This document shows, piece by piece, positions 52,144 through 63,238 of a stretch of DNA of 64,000 bases. The stretch is from Burkholderiales bacterium (GTDB lineage: Bacteria > Pseudomonadota > Gammaproteobacteria > Burkholderiales > Burkholderiaceae_F): contig JBBISD010000002.1 of NCBI GenBank assembly GCA_037441485.1, forward strand, positions 2,058-66,057, written 5' to 3'. The position numbers and the translations under genes are program-made. Below the pieces are notes generated by a model. That model ran no database searches, was not told the origin of the DNA, and saw nothing but the letters and a program-made list of their open reading frames with translations. Position 1 is the first letter of the stretch; each line of letters begins with the position of its first letter.

Positions 52144-52902
52144 TCAGCGCGGCCCCATGCGCAGCGCGCCATCGAGCCGGATGACCTCGCCGTTGAGCAT
52201 CACATTGCCCAGCACGTCGACGACCAGGCGCGCGAATTCGGCCGGCTGGCCCAGCCGCGCGGGGAAGGGCACCTGTTCCTCGAGCGCCTGGCGCTGCGGC
52301 GGCGTCAGGCCCTGCGTCATCGGCGTTTCGAAGAGGCCCGGCGCGATGGCCATGCAACGGATGCCGTGGCGCGCGAGGTCGCGTGCGATCGGCAGCGTCA
52401 TGGCAACGATGCCACCCTTGGAGGCCGCGTAGGCGGCCTGGCCGACCTGGCCGTCGAAGGCGGCCGCCGACGCGGTGTTGATGATGACCCCGCGCTCGCC
52501 GTCGGCCTGCGGCGCCGATGCGGCCATCGCCGCGGCGGCCAGCCGCAGCAGGTTGAAACTGCCGACCAGGTTGACCGCGATGACGCGCTCGAAGGCGGCC
52601 AGGCCGTGGGGCCCGTCGCGCCCGAGGGTCTTGTGCGCGGCCAGGATGCCGGCGCAGTTGATCAGGCCGCGCAGCGGTCCCAGCGACCCGGCCAGCGCTA
52701 TCGCGGCGGCGCAGTCGGCCTCGCGGGTGATGTCACCGCGCTGCCAGTGCACCGCCGGGTCCCGGTCGGCCGGCGCCCGGGCGTCCTCGCGCAGGTCCAT
52801 GGCGACGACGCGTCCGCCGCGGGCCGCCAGCAGGCCGGCAGTTGCGGCGCCGAGGCCGGAGGCCGCGCCGCTCACCAGAAAGACGTTGCCGGCAATTTCC
52901 AT
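52144..52902 (-). CDS. SDR, 3-hydroxyacyl-CoA dehydrogenase type II-like
   Basis: GAASGLG, GERGVIINTAS, GQAAYAASKGG, NGEVIRLDGA. Confidence 0.9.
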   Translation of the reverse strand: MEIAGNVFLVSGAASGLGAATAGLLAARGGRVVAMDLREDARAPADRDPAVHWQRGDITREADCAAAIALAGSLGPLRGLINCAGILAAHKTLGRDGPHGLAAFERVIAVNLVGSFNLLRLAAAAMAASAPQADGERGVIINTASAAAFDGQVGQAAYAASKGGIVAMTLPIARDLARHGIRCMAIAPGLFETPMTQGLTPPQRQALEEQVPFPARLGQPAEFARLVVDVLGNVMLNGEVIRLDGALRMGPR

Positions 52903-53195
52903 GTTCGCTGGCCCTTTTAATGTCGTTGCCGCCGTGGCGGGCGACGCGCCAGCCCGTGCCGGCATGCCCGCACCATTCTGGCCCCAATTTTCGACCGGCG
53001 TGCCGCCCGCCGCCGGCCCTTTGGTTACGGGGGACGCCGAGCGGTACTTTTCCCGGTCAATTTTGGCGATCGGTGGTGCGCATCTCCCGGCAATCTTACC
53101 GGTGCGTAATACCGCATTCGGATGCCTGGGTGGACTAGCGCCGCCGGGGCCGCCGCAGCGGAGCGTCGGTGCACCGACAGGGTCAACCAACCACC

Positions 53196-55793
53196 ATGGC
53201 TAAACGATTGAACGCGATGAAGCTGCAGGCGCTGCGGGTGTTTCGCAGTGCGCTGGGCCAGCGCACGATCGGGCTTTTCGTGGCAGCTGCCGTGCTGCCG
53301 CTGGGCGCACTGGCCGCCGTGCTGTTGATGCAGGACGCGCTGGCGCCCGGCGCACTGCAGCCGGTGCTGGCGATCGGCGCGGTCGGCGCGCTGGCAGCTG
53401 CCGTCGCGGGCATGGTGCTGAGCGTCGGGGTGCTCGGGCGCATCGAGCGCCTGCTCTCGTCCGTGCGGCGCATGGCGCGGCAGGACTTTTCCGTCGCGCT
53501 TCCGGTGACGGGAGCCGACGAACTTTCCCAGCTCACGCAGGCCTTCAACGACATGGCGCGCCACCTGGGCACCAGCCTGTCGGTGCAGAGCGTGCTGGCG
53601 CAGATGGACGACGCCATCCTGACCAAGCTCGACGTCGGCGCGCTGATCCGCAGCGCGCTGCGCTGCCTGCAGATGGTGTCCAAGGCCGACGTCGTGGTGC
53701 TCGGCCTGTTCGAGTCGGACAGCGCCAACGCCATGCGTGTCTTTGTCCTGCAAAAGGGCGAGCGCAACCGTATCGACAGCCGCAAGCTGGAGCTCACGGC
53801 CGAGCTCAAGCGGCGCATTCCGCTAAAGCCGACCCAGAAGAGCGGACCGGAATGCCCGTTCCCCGAGGACTTCGAAAACGAATTGCGCGAGCAATGCGGC
53901 GTCGAACATTACTTTCCGCTGCCGATCTCGCGCGGCAGCCGCGCCTGGGGCGTGATGGTGTCCTGCCATGCGGCGCCGGTCGAGCTCTCCAGCACTCAGA
54001 TGAACCTGCTGGCCGGCGTGGCCAACCGCCTGATCGCCGGCTTCAGCAGTTCCGAGCGCGACCAGAAGCTGCATTCGCTGGCCTACGTCGATCCGCTGAC
54101 GGGCCTGCCCAACCGCGTGGCGATGCAGTCGCTGCTGGCCGACGAACTGGCCAGCGCCCAGCGCTCCGGCGCGCTGGCGGCGATCCTGTTCATCGACCTG
54201 GACCGCTTCAAGCAGGCCAACGACACGCACGGCCACGCCTTCGGCGACCGCCTGCTGATCCAGGCGGCCAACCGCATCCGCAACAATGTCCGCGAGGACG
54301 ACGTCGTGGCGCGCATCGGCGGCGACGAATTCACCGTGATCCTGCCCGGCGTCAAGTCGCCGCGCGAGGCTGCCTCGGCGGCGCGCAAGCTGATCCAGGC
54401 GCTGTCGCGCCGCTTCGAGATTGACGGCCACACCATCTATACCGGCGCCAGCGTCGGCATCGCGATCTACCCGGACGATGGCGTGCGCGGCCCCGAGCTG
54501 CTCAAGATGGCCGACACCGCCATGTACCGCGCCAAGAGCGCCGGGCGCAGCCGCTTCGCGTTCTACGAGGAGCCGATGAACGCCGAGAGCAAGCGGCGCA
54601 CCGTGCTCGACGGCGAACTGCGCAGTGCGCTGGCGCAGCGCCAGCTGGTGCTGCATTACCAGCCGCAGATCGACCTCAAGACCGGGGCGCTGTGCGGGGT
54701 CGAGGCGCTGGTGCGCTGGCAGCATCCGACCCGCGGCCTGCTGTACCCGATCGACTTCATCGACTACGCCGAGGAGATCGGCCTGATCCCCGAGATCGGC
54801 GCCTGGGTGATGATGGAGGCCTGCCAGCAGTTCCAGCTCTGGCGCCAGCAGGGCGTGCGCGTGCCGCGCGTCTCGGTCAATGTCTCCAACGGCCAGCTGC
54901 CGCGCAGCAACTTCGTGCCGACCGTGCAGCAGCTGCTGGCCCAGACCAACATGCCCACCGGCGCCCTGGAGATCGAGGTCACCGAGTCGATGCTGGTCGA
55001 GGGCGGCAAGCCGGCGATGGAGGCGCTCAATCAGCTGGCCAAGGACGGCGTGCTGATCGCGATCGACGATTTCGGCACCGGCTATTCCTCTTTCAGCTAT
55101 CTCAAGACGATGCCGGCCCAGGTGCTCAAGCTGGACATGAGCTTCCTGGTCGACGCACGGCTGGACAACGACGCCGGCAAGATCGTCGCCGCCATCATCA
55201 ACATGGCGCATGCGCTGCAAAAGGAGGTCGTCGCCGAGGGCATCGAGCGCGTCGACCAGCTCAAGCTGCTCAAGACGCTGGGCTGCGAGCGCGGCCAGGG
55301 CTACCTGTTTGGCAAGGGGGTGCCGGCCGACAGCATCGCCCGCACGTTCCGCAAGCGCAGCGAGCCGCCGACGCTGCCGGTGCGCGCCAACGCGCCGGCG
55401 ACGCCTGCCGACCTGATCGCCGCCGCATCGCTGCCCGATCCGACGCCCTCCGAGGACGAGGCCGCCATCGAGCGGGCGCTGGCCATGGCCGAGCCGGTTG
55501 AAATCGCCGCGCAGAAGGCGGCGGAGCAAAGCAGTCTGCCGGCGCTGGCCATGGCGGCCAGGGCGCCGGCGCTGCCCGGCGAACGCGCGACGGCACTCGA
55601 GGAGGACGCCAGCCCCGGTCCCCGCACCACCGACGGGCACCCGCGCACCTGGTCCGGCGCGCCCGAGACCGTCGAGATGGTGCTCGATACGACCGACGGG
55701 CACTTTTCCTTCCTGACAGCGTCGCCGGTGCCGGATGTCGATTCGCCGGTGACCGCGGCGCCGGCGGACGCCACCGCCTCGGCCGCGCACTAA
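53196..55793 (+). CDS. Membrane HAMP-GAF-GGDEF-EAL diguanylate cyclase/phosphodiesterase
   Basis: Two TM segments, DELSQL HAMP, RxxD I-site plus GGDEF, EALVRW, DDFGTGYSS. Confidence 0.93.
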   Translation: MAKRLNAMKLQALRVFRSALGQRTIGLFVAAAVLPLGALAAVLLMQDALAPGALQPVLAIGAVGALAAAVAGMVLSVGVLGRIERLLSSVRRMARQDFSVALPVTGADELSQLTQAFNDMARHLGTSLSVQSVLAQMDDAILTKLDVGALIRSALRCLQMVSKADVVVLGLFESDSANAMRVFVLQKGERNRIDSRKLELTAELKRRIPLKPTQKSGPECPFPEDFENELREQCGVEHYFPLPISRGSRAWGVMVSCHAAPVELSSTQMNLLAGVANRLIAGFSSSERDQKLHSLAYVDPLTGLPNRVAMQSLLADELASAQRSGALAAILFIDLDRFKQANDTHGHAFGDRLLIQAANRIRNNVREDDVVARIGGDEFTVILPGVKSPREAASAARKLIQALSRRFEIDGHTIYTGASVGIAIYPDDGVRGPELLKMADTAMYRAKSAGRSRFAFYEEPMNAESKRRTVLDGELRSALAQRQLVLHYQPQIDLKTGALCGVEALVRWQHPTRGLLYPIDFIDYAEEIGLIPEIGAWVMMEACQQFQLWRQQGVRVPRVSVNVSNGQLPRSNFVPTVQQLLAQTNMPTGALEIEVTESMLVEGGKPAMEALNQLAKDGVLIAIDDFGTGYSSFSYLKTMPAQVLKLDMSFLVDARLDNDAGKIVAAIINMAHALQKEVVAEGIERVDQLKLLKTLGCERGQGYLFGKGVPADSIARTFRKRSEPPTLPVRANAPATPADLIAAASLPDPTPSEDEAAIERALAMAEPVEIAAQKAAEQSSLPALAMAARAPALPGERATALEEDASPGPRTTDGHPRTWSGAPETVEMVLDTTDGHFSFLTASPVPDVDSPVTAAPADATASAAH

Positions 55794-55817
55794 GCCGCGG
55801 CGCGGGCCTGCCTGCGG

Positions 55818-56369
55818 TCAATGCACGCTGCAGCGTGCCGACAGTGAAACGTTGGCGCGCGAACTGCTGCCGGCGAACGTGGAGCGCATCTTCATCAGCG
55901 GGGCGGTGCAGGCGGTCGCGTCGATGCCGGCCAGCCGCAGCCAGCCGCGCAGCGCGTCCGAGGAATTGCCCAGCGCAAACTGCGGGCGCAGGAAGACCTG
56001 CTGCGCCGCCTGGCCCGACGGCCGGTTGGCCGACAGCTCGACGAAGTGCGCGACCGCCGGCACGTTGTTCCAGGCCGGCGGCGGGGCCGTCGCGGCCAGC
56101 GAATAGTCCGGCCGCGAGTTGGGCAGGCGCACGAGCGAGGTCCAGCGCGTTTCCAGCACTTCGGGGGTGACGGTCAGGCTGGTTTCAAGCTGCAGCCAAC
56201 CGGGCTGGGAGGAATCCAGCGGTGGCGCGGACACGGGCGGCGCTGCGGCCGCGGCAATGGCGGCGGCGCCGGTGATGGCCCAGGCGCCCTGCAGCAGCAG
56301 CGCGCCCACCGGACGCTGCGCGCGACCGGCGCCTGGCAACCGCAGCGACCAGTGCCGTGATCTGTCCAC
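55818..56369 (-). CDS. Hypothetical protein, possibly exported
   Basis: ORF filling the gap between the hppA terminator and the convergent gene; Ala-rich signal-like N-terminus; two C-terminal Cys. Confidence 0.5.
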   Translation of the reverse strand: MDRSRHWSLRLPGAGRAQRPVGALLLQGAWAITGAAAIAAAAAPPVSAPPLDSSQPGWLQLETSLTVTPEVLETRWTSLVRLPNSRPDYSLAATAPPPAWNNVPAVAHFVELSANRPSGQAAQQVFLRPQFALGNSSDALRGWLRLAGIDATACTAPLMKMRSTFAGSSSRANVSLSARCSVH

Positions 56370-56437
56370 CTTGCGCCTCGCGGATTCGAGAGGGGATGAG
56401 AAGCATCATCCCCGCTGGTCTGGCCGGCGGTAGACAT

Positions 56438-56465
56438 GAAAAAGGGCCGGAATCGGCCCTTTTTC
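56438..56465. terminator. Intrinsic terminator downstream of hppA (symmetric)
   Basis: gaaaaagggccg-gaat-cggccctttttc. Confidence 0.85.
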
Positions 56466-56514
56466 GGGTGCAACACGGCCATCGCGCGCCGCCGCGGCGG
56501 CACACCGCCGGCGC

Positions 56515-58704
56515 TCAGGGGTGGCCGACGCGCGCCGGGAACGTGGCGCTTTGGCCGTGCGCCGTCAGCGCCGATGGCGCCAGCACAGCGCGGCTCGCGT
56601 GCGCTGCCGCATGGGCGACCGGCGCGGCCGCCGGCAGCTGGGCGCTGGCGCCGCTGCCGTGCAGCGAGGCGAGGATCGGAACGATCAACAGCGCGACGAT
56701 GTTGATGATCTTGATCAGCGGATTGACCGCCGGACCGGCCGTGTCCTTGTACGGATCGCCGACGGTGTCGCCGGTCACCGCGGCCTTGTGGGCGTCGGAG
56801 CCCTTGCCGCCGTGATGGCCCTCCTCGATGTACTTCTTGGCGTTGTCCCACGCACCGCCGCCGGTCGTCATCGAGATGGCAACGAACAGGCCGGTGACGA
56901 TCGTGCCCATCAGCACGCCGCCCAGGGCGGCTGGCCCGAGGACGACGCCGACGACGATGGGCACCAGCACGGGCAGCAGCGACGGGATCATCATCTCCTT
57001 GATCGCCGCCGTGGTGAGCATGTCGACCGCGCGCGAGTAATCGGGCTTGGCCGTGCCTTCCATGATGCCCTTGATCTCGCGGAACTGACGCCGCACTTCC
57101 TCGACCACGGCGCCGGCCGACCGGCCCACCGCTTCCATGGCCATTGCGCCGAAGAGGTACGGGATCATGCCGCCGATGAACAGGCCGACGATGACGCGCG
57201 GATTGGACAGGTCGAAGGTGGTGTGCAGCCCTTCCTGATCAAGCGCGCGGGTGTAGTCGGCAAACAGCACCAGCGCGGCCAGGCCGGCCGAGCCGATCGC
57301 GTAGCCCTTGGTGACCGCCTTGGTGGTGTTGCCCACCGCGTCCAGCGGATCGGTGATGTTGCGCACTTCGGGGGGTAGCCCGGCCATCTCGGCGATGCCG
57401 CCGGCGTTGTCGGTGATCGGGCCGTAGGCATCGAGCGCGACGATGATGCCGGTCATCGACAGCATCGCCGTGGCGGCCACCGCGATGCCGTAGAGGCCGG
57501 CCAGCCAGAACGAGGCCAGGATCGCCAGGCAGATGACGACCACCGGCCAGGCGCACGCCCGCATCGACACGGCGATGCCGGCGATGATGTTGGTGGCGTG
57601 GCCGGTCGTCGAGGCCTTGGCAACGTGCTGCACCGGCGGGAAGTCGGTGCCGGTGTAGAACTCGGTGATGTAGACCAGCGCGGCCGTGAGCGCCAGGCCG
57701 ACGATGGCGCAGCCGTAGAGCTTGACGACCGACAGGCCGGCGGCCGCCGCGACCGGGCCCAGCAGCCAGTTGGTCACGAACCAGAACAGCACCAGCGAGA
57801 TGACGCCGGCCACCAGCAGGCCGCGGTACAGTGCGTTCATGATCTTGCCGCCCTCGCGCGCCTTCACGAAATAGCAGCCGACGATGGAAGCCAGGATCGA
57901 CACGCCGGAGATCGCCAGCGGATAGACCATGCCGGCATCGCTGCCCGCGAAGGTGAAGGCGCCCACCAGCATCGTGGCCACGACGGTCACGGCGAAGGTC
58001 TCGAACAGGTCCGCGGCCATGCCGGCGCAGTCGCCGACGTTGTCGCCGACGTTGTCGGCGATGACCGCCGGATTGCGCGGGTCGTCCTCGGGAATGCCGG
58101 CCTCGACCTTGCCGACCAGGTCGGCCCCGACGTCGGCGCCCTTGGTGAAGATGCCCCCGCCCAGCCGCGCGAAGATCGAGATCAGCGACGAGCCGAAGGC
58201 CAGGCCGATCATCGGGTGCAGCATCGCACGGGTATCGCCCCCGCTGGCGTGCTGCCCGGACAGCACGGCGTAGAAGCCGGCGACGCCCAGCAGGCCCAGG
58301 CCCACCACCAGCAGGCCGGTGATGGCGCCGCCACGGAACGCGACGTCGAGCGCCGGATTGAGCCCGCGCGTGGCCGCCTGAGCAGTGCGCACGTTGGCCC
58401 GCACCGACACGTTCATGCCGATGTAGCCGGCGGCGCCCGACAGCACCGCCCCGAGGACGAAGCCGGCGGCGGTCAGCACGCCCAGCTGCGGTATGGCGGC
58501 GATGATGATCGCCAGCACGACGCCGACGATGGCGATGGTGCGGTACTGGCGGTTAAGGTAGGCCTGGGCGCCCTGCTGGACCGCCAGCGCGATCTCCTGC
58601 ATGCGGGCGTTTCCCGGATCCTGCTTGAGGATCCAGGCCGTTGAAAATGCGCCGAACAGCACGGCGGCGAGTCCACAGAGCAGGGCAAGCGAAACACCAG
58701 ACAT
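56515..58704 (-). CDS. hppA: Membrane H+-translocating pyrophosphatase, K+-independent type
   Basis: [36 protein letters not shown]. Confidence 0.95.
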   Translation of the reverse strand: MSGVSLALLCGLAAVLFGAFSTAWILKQDPGNARMQEIALAVQQGAQAYLNRQYRTIAIVGVVLAIIIAAIPQLGVLTAAGFVLGAVLSGAAGYIGMNVSVRANVRTAQAATRGLNPALDVAFRGGAITGLLVVGLGLLGVAGFYAVLSGQHASGGDTRAMLHPMIGLAFGSSLISIFARLGGGIFTKGADVGADLVGKVEAGIPEDDPRNPAVIADNVGDNVGDCAGMAADLFETFAVTVVATMLVGAFTFAGSDAGMVYPLAISGVSILASIVGCYFVKAREGGKIMNALYRGLLVAGVISLVLFWFVTNWLLGPVAAAAGLSVVKLYGCAIVGLALTAALVYITEFYTGTDFPPVQHVAKASTTGHATNIIAGIAVSMRACAWPVVVICLAILASFWLAGLYGIAVAATAMLSMTGIIVALDAYGPITDNAGGIAEMAGLPPEVRNITDPLDAVGNTTKAVTKGYAIGSAGLAALVLFADYTRALDQEGLHTTFDLSNPRVIVGLFIGGMIPYLFGAMAMEAVGRSAGAVVEEVRRQFREIKGIMEGTAKPDYSRAVDMLTTAAIKEMMIPSLLPVLVPIVVGVVLGPAALGGVLMGTIVTGLFVAISMTTGGGAWDNAKKYIEEGHHGGKGSDAHKAAVTGDTVGDPYKDTAGPAVNPLIKIINIVALLIVPILASLHGSGASAQLPAAAPVAHAAAHASRAVLAPSALTAHGQSATFPARVGHP

Positions 58705-58820
58705 GCAGGGCTCCTTTCGTTTTGCCGCAATCGCTTGCGGCTTTGCAACGTGCAGCGATGAAATCGGTGGTGCCGGCGCCGGCGCCGCTGACGGCCCCGG
58801 CGGACCAAAGGCGGGTGCGG

Positions 58821-59588
<768 letters not shown>

Positions 59589-59664
59589 TTACCCGGAACC
59601 GGGCGTGCTCCGCTGCGACCGCGGCATGCGGCCATGGCGCAGCGCAACCGGCCGTTGGATCTGT

Positions 59665-60513
59665 CTAGGGCCGATCCTCGGCCGGCGGGCGGGGCTGATG
59701 GCCGTGCCCCGGTGCGTGCGTCGCGGCAAAGCCGGCGCGTACCCGATCCAGGTCGGCCGGCGTGTCGACGCCCGCCGGCAGCGGCACATCGAGTTCGATG
59801 ACGGCGATGGCACAGCCGTGGTACAGCGCGCGCAACTGTTCGAGGCTTTCGTGCGCTTCGATGGCCGGCCGCGCCAGCGCCGGAAAGCGCCGCAGGAAGG
59901 ACACGCGATAGGCATACAGCCCGACATGGCGCAAGGCCGGCAGTCCGTCGGGCAGGCCGCCGGGGACGACCGGCGCCGCGGCGAATGCGTCGCGCGCCCA
60001 GGGAATCGGCGCGCGCGAGAACAGCAGCGCGCGGCCCCGGACATCGCGCACCACCTTGACGACATTGGGATCGAACAGCTCGGTGCGCTCGTGCAGCGCG
60101 TGCGCCGCGGTGGCGACATCGCACTGCGGATCGGCGCGCAGCGCCGCCGCCACGTCGCGGATGACGCTGGGCGGGATCAGCGGTTCGTCGCCCTGGACGT
60201 TGACGACGATGGCGGCGTCGTCGAGCCCGAGCAGCTGGCAGGCCTCGGCCAGGCGGTCGGTGCCGGTCGGATGAGCGCTGGCCGTGAGTATCGCCTCGAC
60301 GCCGTGGTGGCGGCAGGCCTCGACGATGCGCATGCTGTCGGCGCAGACCACGACGCGTGCGGCGCCGCTGGCCGCGGCCCGCCGGGCCACGCGCACCACC
60401 ATCGGCAGGCCGCCGATGTCGGCCAGCGGCTTTTCGGGCAGGCGGGTGGATGCCAGGCGTGCCGGTACCAGCGCAATGAAGCCGGCGCCGCCGGCCGGCG
60501 CGCCGGCCATCAT
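59665..60513 (-). CDS. kdsB: CMP-KDO synthetase
   Basis: [30 protein letters not shown]. Confidence 0.95.
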   Translation of the reverse strand: MMAGAPAGGAGFIALVPARLASTRLPEKPLADIGGLPMVVRVARRAAASGAARVVVCADSMRIVEACRHHGVEAILTASAHPTGTDRLAEACQLLGLDDAAIVVNVQGDEPLIPPSVIRDVAAALRADPQCDVATAAHALHERTELFDPNVVKVVRDVRGRALLFSRAPIPWARDAFAAAPVVPGGLPDGLPALRHVGLYAYRVSFLRRFPALARPAIEAHESLEQLRALYHGCAIAVIELDVPLPAGVDTPADLDRVRAGFAATHAPGHGHQPRPPAEDRP

Positions 60514-60716
60514 CCGCGCGGCTCGTGGCCTGCCGGGTGCTCGCGCTCGTCGTCGTCCAGGCGCCGCGCTTCGCTCTCGAGCAGGATGGGGATGGCGTCG
60601 CGCACCGGGTAGGCCAGTCCGGCGGCCGTCGACACCAGCTCCTGGCGCACGCGGTCGTAGCGCAACGGCCCCTTGGTTACCGGGCAGACGAGGATTTCAA
60701 GCAGCTTCGGATCCAT
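60510..60716 (-). CDS. ycaR: Trm112/YcaR family protein
   Basis: [23 protein letters not shown]. Confidence 0.9.
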   Translation of the reverse strand: MDPKLLEILVCPVTKGPLRYDRVRQELVSTAAGLAYPVRDAIPILLESEARRLDDDEREHPAGHEPRG

Positions 60717-61773
60717 GCGACCTTCCCTTGAGCCGCGCGGTCAGGAATTCGACCAGCGCCGTATCGAGCTGCGTGTGCAGCGGCACCACCCAGAGGCGCG
60801 GGTCCTGCGCCAGCTGCGCATCGCGCTGGCATTTTACGGCGTCCTTCTCGGTCATCAGGATGCGGTCGTAGCGGCCGCCTGGCACGACGGTGGCGTCGAT
60901 TTTCTCGTGATCGGGCAGCGCCAGGGTGTCGATCTGCAGTCCCTGGTCGCGCAGCATGGCGAAGAAGCGCTCGGGGCTGCCGATGGCGCACAACGCCAGC
61001 AGCCGCAGCGGGCGCGCCCGCTGCTCGCCGGCAAGGTCGGCGAGCGCGATGCGCTTGCCCGGCGCCGACAGGCTGACCGCATCCCGCACCCGGGTCTGCA
61101 TGCGGAAGAAGGGCGAATGGATGCGCACCGGCGGCACGATGCCGTGCAGTATCACCGCGTCGACGTGCTGCAGGCGTTCGGGCGGATCGCGCAGCGGGCC
61201 GGCGGGCAGCAGCAGGCCGTTGCCGACGCCGGCGCCGTTGACCACTACGACCTCCAGGTCGCGGCCCAGCCGCCGGTGCTGCAGTCCGTCGTCGGCCAGC
61301 AGCAGGTCGCAGCGCGCGTTCGACGCCAGCAGCAGCTGCGCGGCGGCGATGCGGTCGCGCCCGACGGCAACCGGGCAGCCCGACGCCTGGCGGATCAGCA
61401 GCGGCTCGTCGCCACACAGTGCCGGATCGCCGCCGGGCTCGACGAGCAGCGGGCCCTCGGCCTTGCCGCCGAAGCCGCTGGCCACGACACCCGGCGTCCA
61501 GCCGCGGGCCAGCAGCTGGCGGGCCAGCTCGATGACCAGCGGCGTCTTGCCGGTGCCGCCGACGCTCAGGTTGCCGATGACGATGACCGGCACGGGCAGC
61601 TGCACGGGGCGCGCCAGCCCCAGCCGCTGGCCGACCGCGCGCACGCCGCGCCAGCCGCGGTGTACCGCATGCAGCGGCAGCATCAGGTAGGCGAGCAGGC
61701 CGCGGTGCTGCCAGGCGCGCCGGACCCGCCGGTGGGCCCAGCTGCGCAGCGCCACGCCCAGGCTCGGGCTCAT
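60697..61773 (-). CDS. lpxK: Tetraacyldisaccharide 4'-kinase
   Basis: [35 protein letters not shown]. Confidence 0.94.
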   Translation of the reverse strand: MSPSLGVALRSWAHRRVRRAWQHRGLLAYLMLPLHAVHRGWRGVRAVGQRLGLARPVQLPVPVIVIGNLSVGGTGKTPLVIELARQLLARGWTPGVVASGFGGKAEGPLLVEPGGDPALCGDEPLLIRQASGCPVAVGRDRIAAAQLLLASNARCDLLLADDGLQHRRLGRDLEVVVVNGAGVGNGLLLPAGPLRDPPERLQHVDAVILHGIVPPVRIHSPFFRMQTRVRDAVSLSAPGKRIALADLAGEQRARPLRLLALCAIGSPERFFAMLRDQGLQIDTLALPDHEKIDATVVPGGRYDRILMTEKDAVKCQRDAQLAQDPRLWVVPLHTQLDTALVEFLTARLKGRSHGSEAA

Positions 61774-62195
61774 CGCGGCGCGGGAGAACGGCGCTGCGTG
61801 GCGAAGCTCAGCCGCGCCAGACCGGCATTGCGCGCCGCCTCCATGACGGTAATCACCGACTGGTGCGGGGCCTGCGCGTCGGCATTGATGACCACGATCG
61901 GGTCCTGCATCCGGGCGGCCGCGGCGCGCAGCAGCTCGGCCAGCGCCGGCGCGTCGCTCACCGGCAGCACCGTGTGCCCGATCGCGAAGCGGCCATCGGC
62001 GCTGACGCCGACCTGGATCTCCTGCGGGCGCACGGCCGAGGGGCTCGAATCGGCCGAGGGCAGCTCGATCTGCAGCTGGGCGAAGCGCGAGTAAGTGGTG
62101 CTCACCGCCAGGAAGATCAGCACCACCAGCAGCACGTCGATCAGCGGGATCAGGTTGATGTCCGGATCCTCGGCGAAGCCGCGCCGGAATTTCAT
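61770..62195 (-). CDS. exbD: ExbD/TolR family protein
   Basis: INLIPLIDVLLVVLIF, INADA. Confidence 0.9.
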   Translation of the reverse strand: MKFRRGFAEDPDINLIPLIDVLLVVLIFLAVSTTYSRFAQLQIELPSADSSPSAVRPQEIQVGVSADGRFAIGHTVLPVSDAPALAELLRAAAARMQDPIVVINADAQAPHQSVITVMEAARNAGLARLSFATQRRSPAPR

Positions 62196-62205
62196 GGCCG
62201 GGTCC

Positions 62206-62826
62206 TCATGCGGCGGCGCGTGCCGGGCGGATGTCGGTGTACAGCGCCTCGACCAGGCGCTGCGCCTGCTGCTCGAGCTCGACCAGGAAATCGTCGATGC
62301 GGGCACGGAAGATGCGGTAGGACAGTACCGAGGGCACCGCCACGATGATGCCGAAGGCGGTCGAGTACAGCGCGATCGAGATGCCCTGCGCCAGCTGCTG
62401 CGGGTTGGAGCCGGCCTGCTGCGACGCGAAGATGTCGATCATGCCCACGACGGTGCCCAGCAGCCCCAGCAGCGGCGCGATCGAACCGATGGCGCCCAGC
62501 AGCGTGAGGTAGCGCGACAGTTCGTGCGCGACGTGGCCGCCGGCCACCTCGATGACCTTGGTCGTCACGTCGCGCGACGCGCCGGCGCTGCGCAGGCCGG
62601 CGGCAAACAGGAATCCCAGCGCCGAGCTGTTCTCCAGGCGGTCCAGCACCTCCAGCGTGATCTGCCGTCGGGTATAGAGGCTGAGCACGTCCCCGAGCAG
62701 CTTGTCGGGCAGCACGCGTGCGCGACGCAGCGCGAGGCTGCGTTCGATGATCAGCGCCAGGGCGACGATCGATGCGATGATCAGGGGCCAGATCGGCCAG
62801 CCGAGGGTTTGTACGATGGCGAGCAA
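62206..62826 (-). CDS. exbB: MotA/TolQ/ExbB proton channel protein
   Basis: APLLGLLGTVVGMI, GISIALYSTAFG. Confidence 0.9.
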   Translation of the reverse strand: MLAIVQTLGWPIWPLIIASIVALALIIERSLALRRARVLPDKLLGDVLSLYTRRQITLEVLDRLENSSALGFLFAAGLRSAGASRDVTTKVIEVAGGHVAHELSRYLTLLGAIGSIAPLLGLLGTVVGMIDIFASQQAGSNPQQLAQGISIALYSTAFGIIVAVPSVLSYRIFRARIDDFLVELEQQAQRLVEALYTDIRPARAAA

Positions 62827-63033
62827 GGCAGGGGCTTTCCGCAGCGTAAAAAACGGCAAGTGTAGAGCCTGCGCCGGCGGGACCCGCGCCGACCGGCACC
62901 AGCCGATCGGATGGCAGGGATGTACCGGGACCGGTGCCGGAGCGCATCGCGCGGCGCTCCGCGCTGCGGCGCCGCGCGGCGTGGGGGTTTGCTCCGGCGG
63001 CCGCACGTGCGCCTGGTGGCACGCCGGCAAGCC

Positions 63034-63219
63034 TGTGGAAAAGTTTGTGGAGAACCGCCCTAAGCTGGTTCCAAATAAGGCGCCAGCCGGCGCCTGCTAA
63101 CTGCGCAGCCTTTGGGCGCGTGCTAAAATGTCTATATTTATCATATAGTTATACGGATACTCCGGCGTCTTGCGCAATTCCGGGTGGCGCACTGCCAGCG
63201 CCGGCAATTTTGTGGAAAC
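63034..63219. promoter_or_regulatory. DnaA-box-like cluster with an IHF-like site
   Basis: TGTGGAAAA at 63034, TGTGGAGAA at 63046, TGTGGAAAC at 63211; TATCATATAGTTA at 63139-63151. Confidence 0.5.
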
Positions 63220-63238
63220 CTTGCAGGCGGCCCATACC

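Noticed and set aside
63034-63219. oriC
   Set aside because: Too few DnaA boxes and no dnaA/dnaN/gidA/parAB context
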